Of a stretch of 64,000 nucleotides of DNA, positions 8,912-17,725 are shown one piece after another (within the stretch, counting starts at the first letter, position 1; each line of letters starts with the position of its first letter). The stretch is from Eubacteriales bacterium. GTDB lineage: Bacteria; Bacillota; Clostridia; Oscillospirales; CAG-382. The notes beneath the pieces were generated by a model. It saw only the letters and a list, made by a program, of their open reading frames with translations. It was not told the origin of the DNA and did not search any database. The position numbers and the translations under genes are program-made. The stretch covers positions 2,974 to 66,973 of the forward strand of contig JAZTXY010000086.1 in NCBI GenBank assembly GCA_045636665.1, given 5' to 3'.

Positions 8912-9679
8912 ATGACTTTTACGATAAATGCCGCTTGCGGCTCATTTATAGGTATGGGCCGCGGCAATAATGAGGATAATTTTTTCTTTAATAAAAAGCA
9001 TCTTCAAATCCCCAACAAGGGAATGAAAAATCCTATAAAATGCAGCAATGTCACTGATGACCCGGTCGTTTTTGCCGTTTTTGACGGTATGGGCGGAGAG
9101 AGTAAGGGCGAAGAAGCGGCTTGCTTATCGGCAGAGATTTTCGGCTCCGAATACAAAAAGCTTGAAGAGCTTGCAGTTTCGGGAAAAGCGTTTATGTACG
9201 AATGCTGTGAGAACGCTAATGCTGCGGTAAATCAGCTGAGACGCGATATGCAGCTTTCAGCGATTGGCAGTACCGTGGCGGCTGTATATTTATCTCAGGA
9301 TGATATTGTCGCTTGTAATATTGGTGACAGCAAGATATTCAGAATAAGAAGCAAGCAAATGATTCAAATTTCCGAGGATCATACCGACGAAAAAATTATG
9401 TCAGCTATCGGAATCAAAAAAAAGCCCGTTTTGCTTCAGTATATCGGTATTCCCGATACCGAAATGGCGATAGAACCCTACGTTTCGAAGGGTGTGCTTG
9501 AATCGGGAGATATATATGTTTTGTGCTCCGACGGCATAACAGATGTTATCGAGGCCTCCGAAATGTATAAAATTATCGGCGACCTTGATGCGGACGAGGC
9601 GGTAAGACAGCTTTTGACCGAGGTCGAGCGAAGAAACGGTGCAGATAATGCAACTGCGATCGTAATAAAGATAGCTTAA
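8912..9679 (+). CDS. PP2C/PPM-family Ser/Thr phosphatase
   Basis: Motifs FAVFDGMGGESKGEEAA, IGDSKIF, LCSDGITDV, GADNATAIVI. Starts 18 nt after the kinase gene. Confidence 0.88.
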   Translation: MTFTINAACGSFIGMGRGNNEDNFFFNKKHLQIPNKGMKNPIKCSNVTDDPVVFAVFDGMGGESKGEEAACLSAEIFGSEYKKLEELAVSGKAFMYECCENANAAVNQLRRDMQLSAIGSTVAAVYLSQDDIVACNIGDSKIFRIRSKQMIQISEDHTDEKIMSAIGIKKKPVLLQYIGIPDTEMAIEPYVSKGVLESGDIYVLCSDGITDVIEASEMYKIIGDLDADEAVRQLLTEVERRNGADNATAIVIKIA

Positions 9680-9694
9680 TAAGGAGAGTGCTTT

Positions 9695-10933
9695 ATGGCT
9701 ATGCAGATAGATCAGGATCTAGTCCTTAAATTAAAAAAAATCGTTACTGCGGAATTACCTTTGAGTCAGCTGAGCGACGAACAGCTGACGATAGAAATCG
9801 AGAATATAGTCGAGGAACAAACCCGTGGACAGTATTTGTCCATCCAGACCAGAGTTAACCTTGTTCAGCAGGTATATAGCTCGATTCGCGGCTTCGGATT
9901 GCTGGATTCGATTATCAGTGATGATACGATCACCGAGGTTATGATCAACGGTCCGGACAATATATTTATTGAAAAATCCGGTAAGCTGACAAAGCTCAAT
10001 ATGAATTTTGAGAGTCAACGAAGACTTGAGGATATCATTCAAAGGATCGTTGGTATGGCCGGCAGAGAGGTAAACCAAGCAAATCCTATTTGTGATACCC
10101 GTTTGCCCGATGGATCGCGTGTTAACGTTGTGTTGCCGCCGATTTCTTTGTGCGGACCTATTCTTACTATCCGTAAGTTTTCTAAGAATCCGATGACCGT
10201 TGAAAAACTTATTGAATACGGCTCGATTACAAGGGAAATTGCCGATAAACTTGAATTGCTTGTTAAAGCAAAATACAACATTTTTATCAGTGGTGGTACC
10301 GGTTCGGGTAAAACCACGTTTCTCAATGCGCTGTCCAACTATATTCCGAAGGACGAGCGTGTTATCACCATCGAGGACTCTGCGGAGCTTCAGATCACCG
10401 GCGTCGAAAACCTTGTAAGCCTTGAAACGAGAAATGCCAATGCATCCGGCGCGGGCGAAATTTCTATACGAGAGCTTATCAAGTCTTCGCTCCGTATGCG
10501 TCCCGAAAGAATCGTTGTCGGCGAAGTACGTGGAGGTGAAGCGTTGGATATGCTTCAGGCGATGAACACAGGTCATGACGGCTCACTGTCCACCGGCCAC
10601 GCAAACTCCACTGAAGATATGCTCAGCCGTCTTGAAACAATGGTGCTTCAGGGTGCATCAGGCTTGCCGTTGGAAGCGATCCGACATCAAATAGGCTCGG
10701 CAATAGATATTATAATTCACCTTTCGCGTTTGAGAGACAAGTCAAGAAAGACTATGGAGATCACAGAGGTAGTCGGTTACAAGGACGGTCAGATCATTCT
10801 TAACCCGTTATATGTTTTCCAAGAGGATGAAAACTCCACTTTGGAGAAGGTATCCGGTGGCTTGGTCAGAACCGAGAATCCCTTGAAAAACGATTTCAAA
10901 CTGAAACTGTCGGGAATCAAGACCAAGATATAA
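9695..10933 (+). CDS. tadA: CpaF/TadA-family Tad pilus secretion ATPase
   Basis: Walker A GGTGSGKTT, Walker B/Asp box RVITIEDSAEL, RPERIVVGEVRGGEALDMLQAMNTGHDGSLSTGHANS. RBS aaggaga lies 7 nt upstream. Confidence 0.92.
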   Translation: MAMQIDQDLVLKLKKIVTAELPLSQLSDEQLTIEIENIVEEQTRGQYLSIQTRVNLVQQVYSSIRGFGLLDSIISDDTITEVMINGPDNIFIEKSGKLTKLNMNFESQRRLEDIIQRIVGMAGREVNQANPICDTRLPDGSRVNVVLPPISLCGPILTIRKFSKNPMTVEKLIEYGSITREIADKLELLVKAKYNIFISGGTGSGKTTFLNALSNYIPKDERVITIEDSAELQITGVENLVSLETRNANASGAGEISIRELIKSSLRMRPERIVVGEVRGGEALDMLQAMNTGHDGSLSTGHANSTEDMLSRLETMVLQGASGLPLEAIRHQIGSAIDIIIHLSRLRDKSRKTMEITEVVGYKDGQIILNPLYVFQEDENSTLEKVSGGLVRTENPLKNDFKLKLSGIKTKI

Positions 10934-11069
10934 GGTTGTTTTTTACATTATACGGTCGAATTTTATCGAATTGGTTGTTTAACGAGAGCATATATTATTA
11001 TATTATTATGATAAAGATATGCATATATAGGTATGAAAGTTAGCGCATATATAGAAAGGAAGAGAACAT

Positions 11070-12125
11070 ATGAAAATTAAGCTTGCGATGCTGGAAAGCG
11101 ATCCTTCGTATCTTCGCCGTGTTGTTCCTATGTTCAACAGCAAGTACGCCGAGGAGCTTGAGATATATTCTTTTACGGATGTAGATGCCGCGATGTCTTG
11201 CTTGGAAGAAAAAAAGATCGACGTGTTCCTGGCAAGTGACAGTTTCAAAATAGATTTTGCTCAAATTCCCAAACGATGCGGGTTTGCATATATGGTCGAG
11301 AGTCTTGATATCAACTCTATTGACAATAGAAAGGCGATTTGTAAATTCCAAAAGGGTGAGCTGATCTACAAGCAGATCTTGAGCATCTATTCAGAGCACG
11401 TGCCCAATATCTCGGGGATCCCATCGAATCAGAACGGTATGATGAAGACCATCGCGTTTTGTTCTCCCTGCGGAGGAGTTGGAACCTCTACTGCTGCTGC
11501 AGCTTGTGCCATTGCATTGGCTAATGCAGGTCAAAGAGTCCTCTATCTGAACGGAGAAATCTATGGCGATGCGGATGTTTTCTTCAGCTGTGACGGACAA
11601 TTTGATTTCAGCGACGTTATTTACGCGGTAAAGAGCAATAAGACAAATAGAGCAATGAAATTGCAGAGCACGGTTAAGCAAGACCAGACTGGAGTTTACT
11701 ATTACTCTTCCGTAAGGGTGCCGTTGGATATTATGGAAATGAGTCCGGACGATTATATGACGCTTCAAAACGAGCTTAGGTCGTTGGGTTGCTATGATTA
11801 CGTTGTTATGGATGTTGAATTTCCGAAAACACAATCTGCATTCAAGCTTTTTGAGTGCTGTAATTCCATCGTCGTCGTTAGTGATGCTTCCGAAATTTCC
11901 GAAGCGAAGATAAATAAGGCGATTCGAGGAATCCAGATTCTTGACGGACAATCGGATTTTGCGATTCAGCCCAGAATGTGGCTTTTGAAAAACAGAGCGA
12001 CTGTAAACGAGCTTTCACAAACCGAACTTCGTATACTCGGTGCGTTTCCAACGTATGAATCGGTTTCTTCCGCTCGTATGGCAAAGCAACTTTCCTTGTC
12101 CGACGTATTCAACCAGTTAATGTAA
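11070..12125 (+). CDS. tadZ: TadZ/CpaE-like protein: receiver-like N-domain plus an atypical MinD/ParA ATPase domain
   Basis: The N-terminal CheY-like fold lacks an obvious acidic pocket. The P-loop reads CSPCGGVGTSTAAAAC, a deviant Walker A without the lysine, as in TadZ-type proteins. It sits between tadA and tadB. Confidence 0.7.
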   Translation: MKIKLAMLESDPSYLRRVVPMFNSKYAEELEIYSFTDVDAAMSCLEEKKIDVFLASDSFKIDFAQIPKRCGFAYMVESLDINSIDNRKAICKFQKGELIYKQILSIYSEHVPNISGIPSNQNGMMKTIAFCSPCGGVGTSTAAAACAIALANAGQRVLYLNGEIYGDADVFFSCDGQFDFSDVIYAVKSNKTNRAMKLQSTVKQDQTGVYYYSSVRVPLDIMEMSPDDYMTLQNELRSLGCYDYVVMDVEFPKTQSAFKLFECCNSIVVVSDASEISEAKINKAIRGIQILDGQSDFAIQPRMWLLKNRATVNELSQTELRILGAFPTYESVSSARMAKQLSLSDVFNQLM

Positions 12126-12142
12126 AAGGGATGTGAAATTCA

Positions 12143-12997
12143 ATGAGTAAAAAGAAGAAAGCCCATACAGAGTCGTTGTATGAGGTTTCGGGCACTAACC
12201 GAAAGATGATAAACTACAAGGTTTATCGTATGACAGCCAATGAAAAAGCATTGTACCTCATCTTGGCGTTCGTCATCGGCGCGGCTGTTGCATACCTGTT
12301 CTACGGCGGCATTGGAAAAGATGAGCACGGCAATGCAACGGTTGTTACATATGTTTGCGATATTGTAATCATGACCATCGTCGGATTAGCGGCGGCAAAG
12401 CTGTTTATGCCGATTCGCAAGGAGCGGATCATTGCAGAGCGAAAGAAAAAACTGAGAAGTCAGTTTATAGACCTGCTCGATTCCTTGGCAACTTCTATTT
12501 CTTCGGGTAAAAACGTTCCCAATGCATTTATGGCCGCACGCGAGGATTTGCTCGTTCAGTATCAACCGGACGCGTTCATTGTTCAAGAGGTCGATAACAT
12601 AATCAGCGGCATACAGAATAATATCGACGTAGGTAGTATGCTGTTGAACTTCGGTGAAAGAAGCGGAATTCAAGATATCAGAACCTTCGGCAGAGTTTTT
12701 GAAACGGCATATTCAAAGGGCGCAAACCTAAAGGAAGTGATCCGCAACAGCCATGTGATACTTTCTAACAAGTGTGAAATAGAAGCGGAGATAGAAACGA
12801 AGGTTGCTTCAAATAAAAATGAGCAGAACATTATGATTGTCATGCCCGTAATTTTGATTTTGATGATCAAAATGGCCGGTTCTGATTTTGCTGCAAATTT
12901 CACTACACCTACCGGAATTGTTTGTACGACAATCGCGGTCGGCGCGTTCGTTATAGCATATTTGATTGGCAGAAAAATTTTGAATATCGAGGTGTAG
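12143..12997 (+). CDS. tadB: TadB-like type II secretion system F-family inner-membrane platform protein
   Basis: Has the T2SSF-like soluble helical domain flanked by TM helices, and lies immediately upstream of a paralogous gene (the typical tadB-tadC pair). Confidence 0.75.
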   Translation: MSKKKKAHTESLYEVSGTNRKMINYKVYRMTANEKALYLILAFVIGAAVAYLFYGGIGKDEHGNATVVTYVCDIVIMTIVGLAAAKLFMPIRKERIIAERKKKLRSQFIDLLDSLATSISSGKNVPNAFMAAREDLLVQYQPDAFIVQEVDNIISGIQNNIDVGSMLLNFGERSGIQDIRTFGRVFETAYSKGANLKEVIRNSHVILSNKCEIEAEIETKVASNKNEQNIMIVMPVILILMIKMAGSDFAANFTTPTGIVCTTIAVGAFVIAYLIGRKILNIEV

Positions 12998-13000
12998 GTT

Positions 13001-13879
13001 GTGGAGTTGATTTTAAATATTGTTATTTTGACTCTGTCGCTTTTCTCGGGTCTTTCGTTCGTGTTTTTGCTTCTAACCTCCGGTGAATTTGAAGAATACA
13101 TAAAACCGCTTAATAAAAAGACCTTTATGATGTCTGAAATTTACGGTGCAGGTTTTAAGTTTATGAAGCTGTTTAGATTTGAGTTCAAAAACAGAAGTGC
13201 AAACCAGCTTCGTGAAAAAACAGTGATTCTGTACGGCGAAAGATATGCGGATTATTATATGCGTGTTTTTTACGCTCAAAAAATCAGCATTATATATCTT
13301 TTCTTCACTATAGGCTGCGGTCTTTGTGCCTTGGCAGAGGGCACGGACAAGCTTTTGCTTTTGGCTGTTGTACTTGTTGTATGCGGCACTTTGTACTATT
13401 ATTTCCAGACGTTGCCGGCTACCCTGGTTAAGCAAAGAAGCATTCGTTTTATGGACGAATTCCCCAACGCTGTGTCCACGATTGCGCTTTTGGTTAATTC
13501 CGGTATGATTCTTCGCGAAGCATGGAGCGAGGTTGCTATGTCTTCCGAAACGGAATTGTATATGGAAATGCGTAGAGTGACCGAAGACATAGATAACGGT
13601 ATTGCGGAAGCGGATGCTCTATACAGCTTTGGAAACCGCTGTGTTACACCCGAAATCAAAAAATTCACCGCGCTTATTGTTCAGGGCCTTGAGAAGGGCA
13701 GTCGAGATCTCGCGTCTGCTCTTAGAAACCAGACCGATGAAATGTGGCAGTTAAAAAAGCAAAACACTCTTAAACGCGGAGAACTCGCTTCCGGTAAGCT
13801 GATGATTCCGCTTATGATTATGTTTGTCGGTATCCTTGTAATGGTAATGGGACCGATAATGACTAACTTGGGTCTTTAA
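13001..13879 (+). CDS. tadC: TadC-like type II secretion system F-family platform protein
   Basis: GTG start 3 nt after the tadB stop. Same TM-helical-TM architecture as the preceding gene. Confidence 0.75.
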   Translation: MELILNIVILTLSLFSGLSFVFLLLTSGEFEEYIKPLNKKTFMMSEIYGAGFKFMKLFRFEFKNRSANQLREKTVILYGERYADYYMRVFYAQKISIIYLFFTIGCGLCALAEGTDKLLLLAVVLVVCGTLYYYFQTLPATLVKQRSIRFMDEFPNAVSTIALLVNSGMILREAWSEVAMSSETELYMEMRRVTEDIDNGIAEADALYSFGNRCVTPEIKKFTALIVQGLEKGSRDLASALRNQTDEMWQLKKQNTLKRGELASGKLMIPLMIMFVGILVMVMGPIMTNLGL

Positions 13880-13931
13880 GAGAGATCTCTTTAAGATAAA
13901 TAAACAAACAATATTTTGGAGGTATACAAAA

Positions 13932-14150
13932 ATGTCTAAACTGGCTACTAAACTTTGCATCAAGGGACTTCAGGCGAGGATGAAGTTGAGAAAACTTTGG
14001 AAAAACGAAAGTGGTGAGGCGAACATCATCGCTATCATTCTTGTTCTTGCTATCGTCATTGCACTTGCTATTATCTTTAGAACTCAGTTAACAAATTTGT
14101 TTAACAAGATTTGGGGTTCTTTGTTCGAAGACGTAGATAACGTAATTTAA
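13932..14150 (+). CDS. flp: Flp-type (type IVc) prepilin, atypical mature N-terminus
   Basis: 72 aa. A charged leader ends in KNESG and is followed by the hydrophobic helix EANIIAIILVLAIVIALAIIF. A strong RBS ggagg lies 8 nt upstream. Located between tadC and the prepilin peptidase. Confidence 0.7.
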   Translation: MSKLATKLCIKGLQARMKLRKLWKNESGEANIIAIILVLAIVIALAIIFRTQLTNLFNKIWGSLFEDVDNVI

Positions 14151-14162
14151 GCAGAAAAGCTT

Positions 14163-14196
14163 GACCTGCCGCTGTATTAAAATACAGCGGCAGGTC
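14163..14196 (+). terminator. Perfect 14-bp GC-rich hairpin just after the pilin gene (candidate partial terminator/attenuator or mRNA stabiliser)
   Basis: gacctgccgctgta / tacagcggcaggtc with loop ttaaaa. No U-tract follows. Confidence 0.4.
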
Positions 14197-14224
14197 GGCA
14201 ATCAAATTTAGGGAGATATACCCA

Positions 14225-14902
14225 ATGCATTATTTGTTGTTTTTATTGATTGCCGCCCTTTCGACCTTGTTGGTTGTTTATGTTTCTTCTTTTATGGGCG
14301 TGATCAACATTGGAAAATTCAATATTTATAAACCTTGTGAAGAGAAAATAACACCCTATAAGGGTAAATCTTTAACTTTGCTTATAATAATCTGCTTTGC
14401 ATGCTTTTTTGCAGCTCAGATTTCTTTATATATTAACACCTCGATTATAAATCTTATAAAGCTGTTCGGATTGGCTGTTATTGTTATAAGCGCCGGCATT
14501 ATTGACTCGAAGAGAAGGATCATTCCTAATTTATTGATTATTAGCGGCTTGGTTTTTCGCATCGCCATTTATATTTACGAGATAGTGGGACCAACAGACG
14601 ATTTAATGACAGTTTTAACCAATGATCTTATTGGTTTTGCAATTGGCTTTGTGTTTCTCGCTGTGGTATCCTTGCTTTCAAAAGGCGCACTTGGATTCGG
14701 TGATGCAAAGCTATTTGGTATCATCGGGTTGGTAAGCGGATCGTTTTGCACCTACAGTACGTTGTTTGTGAGCTTAGTGATTTCCGCCGTTGTCTCTCTT
14801 ATCAATATTTCTCGAAAGAAAATGGGACGCAAAGATGCATTCCCATTTGGACCTTGCATCGCAGTAGGTTATATGTTCGTTGTATTTTTAACCAGTTATT
14901 AG
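14225..14902 (+). CDS. tadV: A24-family prepilin peptidase, TadV/CpaA type (no N-terminal Cys-rich domain)
   Basis: Polytopic membrane protein carrying the two aspartyl motifs GIIDSKRRIIPN and ALGFGDAKLF. Confidence 0.85.
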   Translation: MHYLLFLLIAALSTLLVVYVSSFMGVINIGKFNIYKPCEEKITPYKGKSLTLLIIICFACFFAAQISLYINTSIINLIKLFGLAVIVISAGIIDSKRRIIPNLLIISGLVFRIAIYIYEIVGPTDDLMTVLTNDLIGFAIGFVFLAVVSLLSKGALGFGDAKLFGIIGLVSGSFCTYSTLFVSLVISAVVSLINISRKKMGRKDAFPFGPCIAVGYMFVVFLTSY

Positions 14903-14921
14903 AAACGGAGCGTTGAACGGA

Positions 14922-16274
14922 ATGAAAAACAATAAAGTATTAATTATCATAGGCATTATTCTTCTTAATATTTTGGTTGTTTATATGATTGGCCAAAGCT
15001 TGATGGGCAAAACAAGTCAGTATGATTTGACTCTTTCCGAGGCGCGCTCTTTGTCCGAGCAGGAGTTGTGTTCTAAATCGATTGCGAAATATAATGAAGC
15101 GATTATGTTAAAGGACACGCTTGATGTTCGTATCGAGATGATCGGTGTTTACGAAAAAGGGATCGATATTGGTGAATTTACTAATATTTATGACATTGTT
15201 ACATCCGTAACCTCTATTGTGGATGCCTATCGACAAGAACCGCGCGCGTATGAAGCTGCTTGTGAGATGTTTTTGAAATATGATAAATTCGAAGAATGCG
15301 CCAACGTCTTAATGAAAGCGAGAGATCTTCTTGTTACCTCCGATAGAATTGAGGAGCTTCGTAGCCAGGTAAGATATCAGTACACGAAATATTTTGCAAT
15401 GTATACCGAGGTGCTTCCCGTTTTTGACGGTATGTATACCGTCAAGACTGAATATGAGTACACATTCCTTAACGATCAGGGAGCCCCTGATTTTGATGGC
15501 ACCTTTGTCGAAGCTTCTTCCTTTTCTGAAGGCTACGCATTCGTTAAAGGGTCCCATCCCGACGGCACTGACCGATGCATCATAATTAATAAGGCGGGTG
15601 AACGCCAGGCATATCTTAACGGCGTAGAAACGTCTTCCGGCGTAGGACGTGCTAAAAATGCCGAGGGTAGTGACGTTCTCTTGCTTGCATGCAAGGTTGG
15701 CGATAGATATAAATACTTTGATATCAACGGCAAGGAAACTTTCGGCGATTATGCGTTTGCAGGCAGATTTAGAAACAATGTTGCTGCTGTTATGGAATCT
15801 GAGGGCAATTGGAAGCTCATTGACGGAACCGGTAAAGCAATAACCGATGTAACGTTTTCCGACGTGGTGCTTAATGAGTTTGATGAATGTGCAGCAAAGG
15901 GATTTATCTTTGCCAAGGTGGGAGATAAATACTACATATACGATTTGAACGCCAAAAGAATAGGCGACTTTGCTTGCGACGGTGCAAAGGCGTTTGTTGA
16001 TGATTACGCTGCGTTTAAGATAGGGGATCAATGGGGTTTTGTAGGAACAGACGGAGAGATCCTCATCGAGCCACAGTATGAAGATGCGAAGTCTTTCTCA
16101 AACAGTATGGGTGCTGTAAAAACCGGCGCAGGATGGGTATTTATTAATCCTAAAAACGAAATTGTTATTCAAGAAATTTTTGAAGATGTTGACTATCTTA
16201 ACGACAAGGGGATCTGCTTCGTAAAGACCGGAGGATATTGGTCTTATTTGAAGATGTATTATACCGGAAAATAA
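14922..16274 (+). CDS. Membrane-anchored protein with a helical (TPR-like) region and WG/KWG beta-propeller-type repeats
   Basis: N-terminal TM helix VLIIIGIILLNILVVYMIG. Repeats of the type GYAFVKGS..., WKLIDGTGK, WGFVGTDGEILIEPQYEDAKSF, GWVFINPKNEIVI. The ORF-track start is TTG 14913, but ATG 14922 is more plausible. Confidence 0.6.
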   Translation: MKNNKVLIIIGIILLNILVVYMIGQSLMGKTSQYDLTLSEARSLSEQELCSKSIAKYNEAIMLKDTLDVRIEMIGVYEKGIDIGEFTNIYDIVTSVTSIVDAYRQEPRAYEAACEMFLKYDKFEECANVLMKARDLLVTSDRIEELRSQVRYQYTKYFAMYTEVLPVFDGMYTVKTEYEYTFLNDQGAPDFDGTFVEASSFSEGYAFVKGSHPDGTDRCIIINKAGERQAYLNGVETSSGVGRAKNAEGSDVLLLACKVGDRYKYFDINGKETFGDYAFAGRFRNNVAAVMESEGNWKLIDGTGKAITDVTFSDVVLNEFDECAAKGFIFAKVGDKYYIYDLNAKRIGDFACDGAKAFVDDYAAFKIGDQWGFVGTDGEILIEPQYEDAKSFSNSMGAVKTGAGWVFINPKNEIVIQEIFEDVDYLNDKGICFVKTGGYWSYLKMYYTGK

Positions 16275-16290
16275 TGTGAGGTGATACAGT

Positions 16291-17673
16291 TTGAAAAACA
16301 AGAGAGAAAGCGGCGAGGTTGTAGTTGAGGCCTCTATCGTAGTTACACTTGTTATGATTATTATTACAGTTATGCTGTATGTCGGTATGATTCTGTATCA
16401 GCAGACGCTCGTGTCTGTAATGGCAAACCAAACTGCCGCCAATATTTCCCAGGTGTACAGCAATAACCTCAAAGATCCATTTACCGGTTATGTCGACGCA
16501 GAGCGGGTGTATCAGTCTATTACATACGGTAATATGAAGACGGATGCATATATATCGGTTGTCGAGCAAAAGGCTAACGTATTTGCGCAGTATCGCTTAA
16601 AATCCTCGAAAATTTTGGCTAACGGAAATACATCAGTTGACGTACAGATTGTAAAGAAACCGAACGAGCTGTTAAAAAGCCAGATCGTAGTTACTATCAG
16701 AGATCATTACGATATGCCTTTGGTGGGTATGTTTGGCGTGTCGGGTTTAGTGGAGTTTTCTTCTTCAGGTCGCGCTGACTGTGTTGACGTTTTAGAGTAT
16801 GTCAACGGCGTTGAAGCAATTGGAGATCCTGAGGATTCTAATCTTGTCTTTTTGCCGGATACAAAAAGCTGTATGGTTACTTTTGTGCCCGATAGCGATA
16901 AGCCGGGCGATTTTACTGTTGAAACGGTTTTGAAGGGGCATTCGATTATGTCCTCGAATAAGTATACTCACTGTGTGATGCCTGCAGAACCTCAGAAGGG
17001 CGATTTGGAGTTTGCAGGTTGGTATACTGCGGATGGAAGACCTCTTACAGGTACAACGCAGATTGAAGAGAATGTTACTGTTTACGGTAGATGGAAATGC
17101 CAAGTAACGTTTATTATGAACGATAACGGAGCAACCGTTAACGGAAAAGATAAAGATATTATGAAGGTAGTATACGGAAACAGAGCTACTTTTCCGATAC
17201 CTAAGCGTTCCGGATATAGGTTCGCCGGTTGGTTTGACGCTCAAGGAAATTCCTATGTTTCAAACGACACTCGTATTACCCAAAATGTTACCTTGTATGC
17301 AAAATGGGAGTGCCTCCATCCGAGCCGATATGAAGAACGGACCGGAACCGTATGCACCGGCGGAACTATCAAGTATAAATGTGCTCAATGCAACGTCGAA
17401 TTGGGCACAGGATACTATACGGGCAATCATGACAATTGGTATAAGTGTTCACAGCGCCACACGATAAAGATTTTTAACGGTAAAAACGCCTCTGGTGGAT
17501 GCGGTGGATACCACGAACGCGGACAATGGTGCGCCACTTGTGGAGTTACGCATTCTCAAGTGTATTATTATCATGTCGTATGTGCGAATTGCGGAGCAAA
17601 AAGCGGCGGTTGGTGGTGCGGAAATACGCACTGTTCCTATACTATTTACCGTCGTCCGTCCCACCCTTGTTGA
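16291..17673 (+). CDS. TadE-like pseudopilin fused to two Flg_new (Listeria-Bacteroides) repeats and a Cys-rich C-terminal module
   Basis: N-terminus KRESG/EVVVEASIVVTLVMIIITV, with Glu at +5 after the Gly. Repeats: LEFAGWYTADGRPLTGTTQIEENVTVYGRW and YRFAGWFDAQGNSYVSNDTRITQNVTLYAKW. The last 120 aa (from TGC at 17311) hold 13 Cys including CAQC, CATC and CANC. TTG start 7 nt after gtgaggtga. Confidence 0.7.
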   Translation: MKNKRESGEVVVEASIVVTLVMIIITVMLYVGMILYQQTLVSVMANQTAANISQVYSNNLKDPFTGYVDAERVYQSITYGNMKTDAYISVVEQKANVFAQYRLKSSKILANGNTSVDVQIVKKPNELLKSQIVVTIRDHYDMPLVGMFGVSGLVEFSSSGRADCVDVLEYVNGVEAIGDPEDSNLVFLPDTKSCMVTFVPDSDKPGDFTVETVLKGHSIMSSNKYTHCVMPAEPQKGDLEFAGWYTADGRPLTGTTQIEENVTVYGRWKCQVTFIMNDNGATVNGKDKDIMKVVYGNRATFPIPKRSGYRFAGWFDAQGNSYVSNDTRITQNVTLYAKWECLHPSRYEERTGTVCTGGTIKYKCAQCNVELGTGYYTGNHDNWYKCSQRHTIKIFNGKNASGGCGGYHERGQWCATCGVTHSQVYYYHVVCANCGAKSGGWWCGNTHCSYTIYRRPSHPC

Positions 17674-17725
17674 TAATGTGTGCTTTGCAGTTAGTTCATT
17701 TTTTAGTATTTAAAGAGGTTATGCC

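Noticed and set aside
9755-10576. 273-aa minus-strand ORF opposite tadA. Similar antisense ORFs lie at 11391-11951, 41182-41784, 51643-52353, 52642-53205, 54020-54577, 60336-61061 and 62980-63621.
   Set aside because: Each lies wholly inside a confidently assigned gene on the other strand and has no motifs. All are treated as shadow ORFs.
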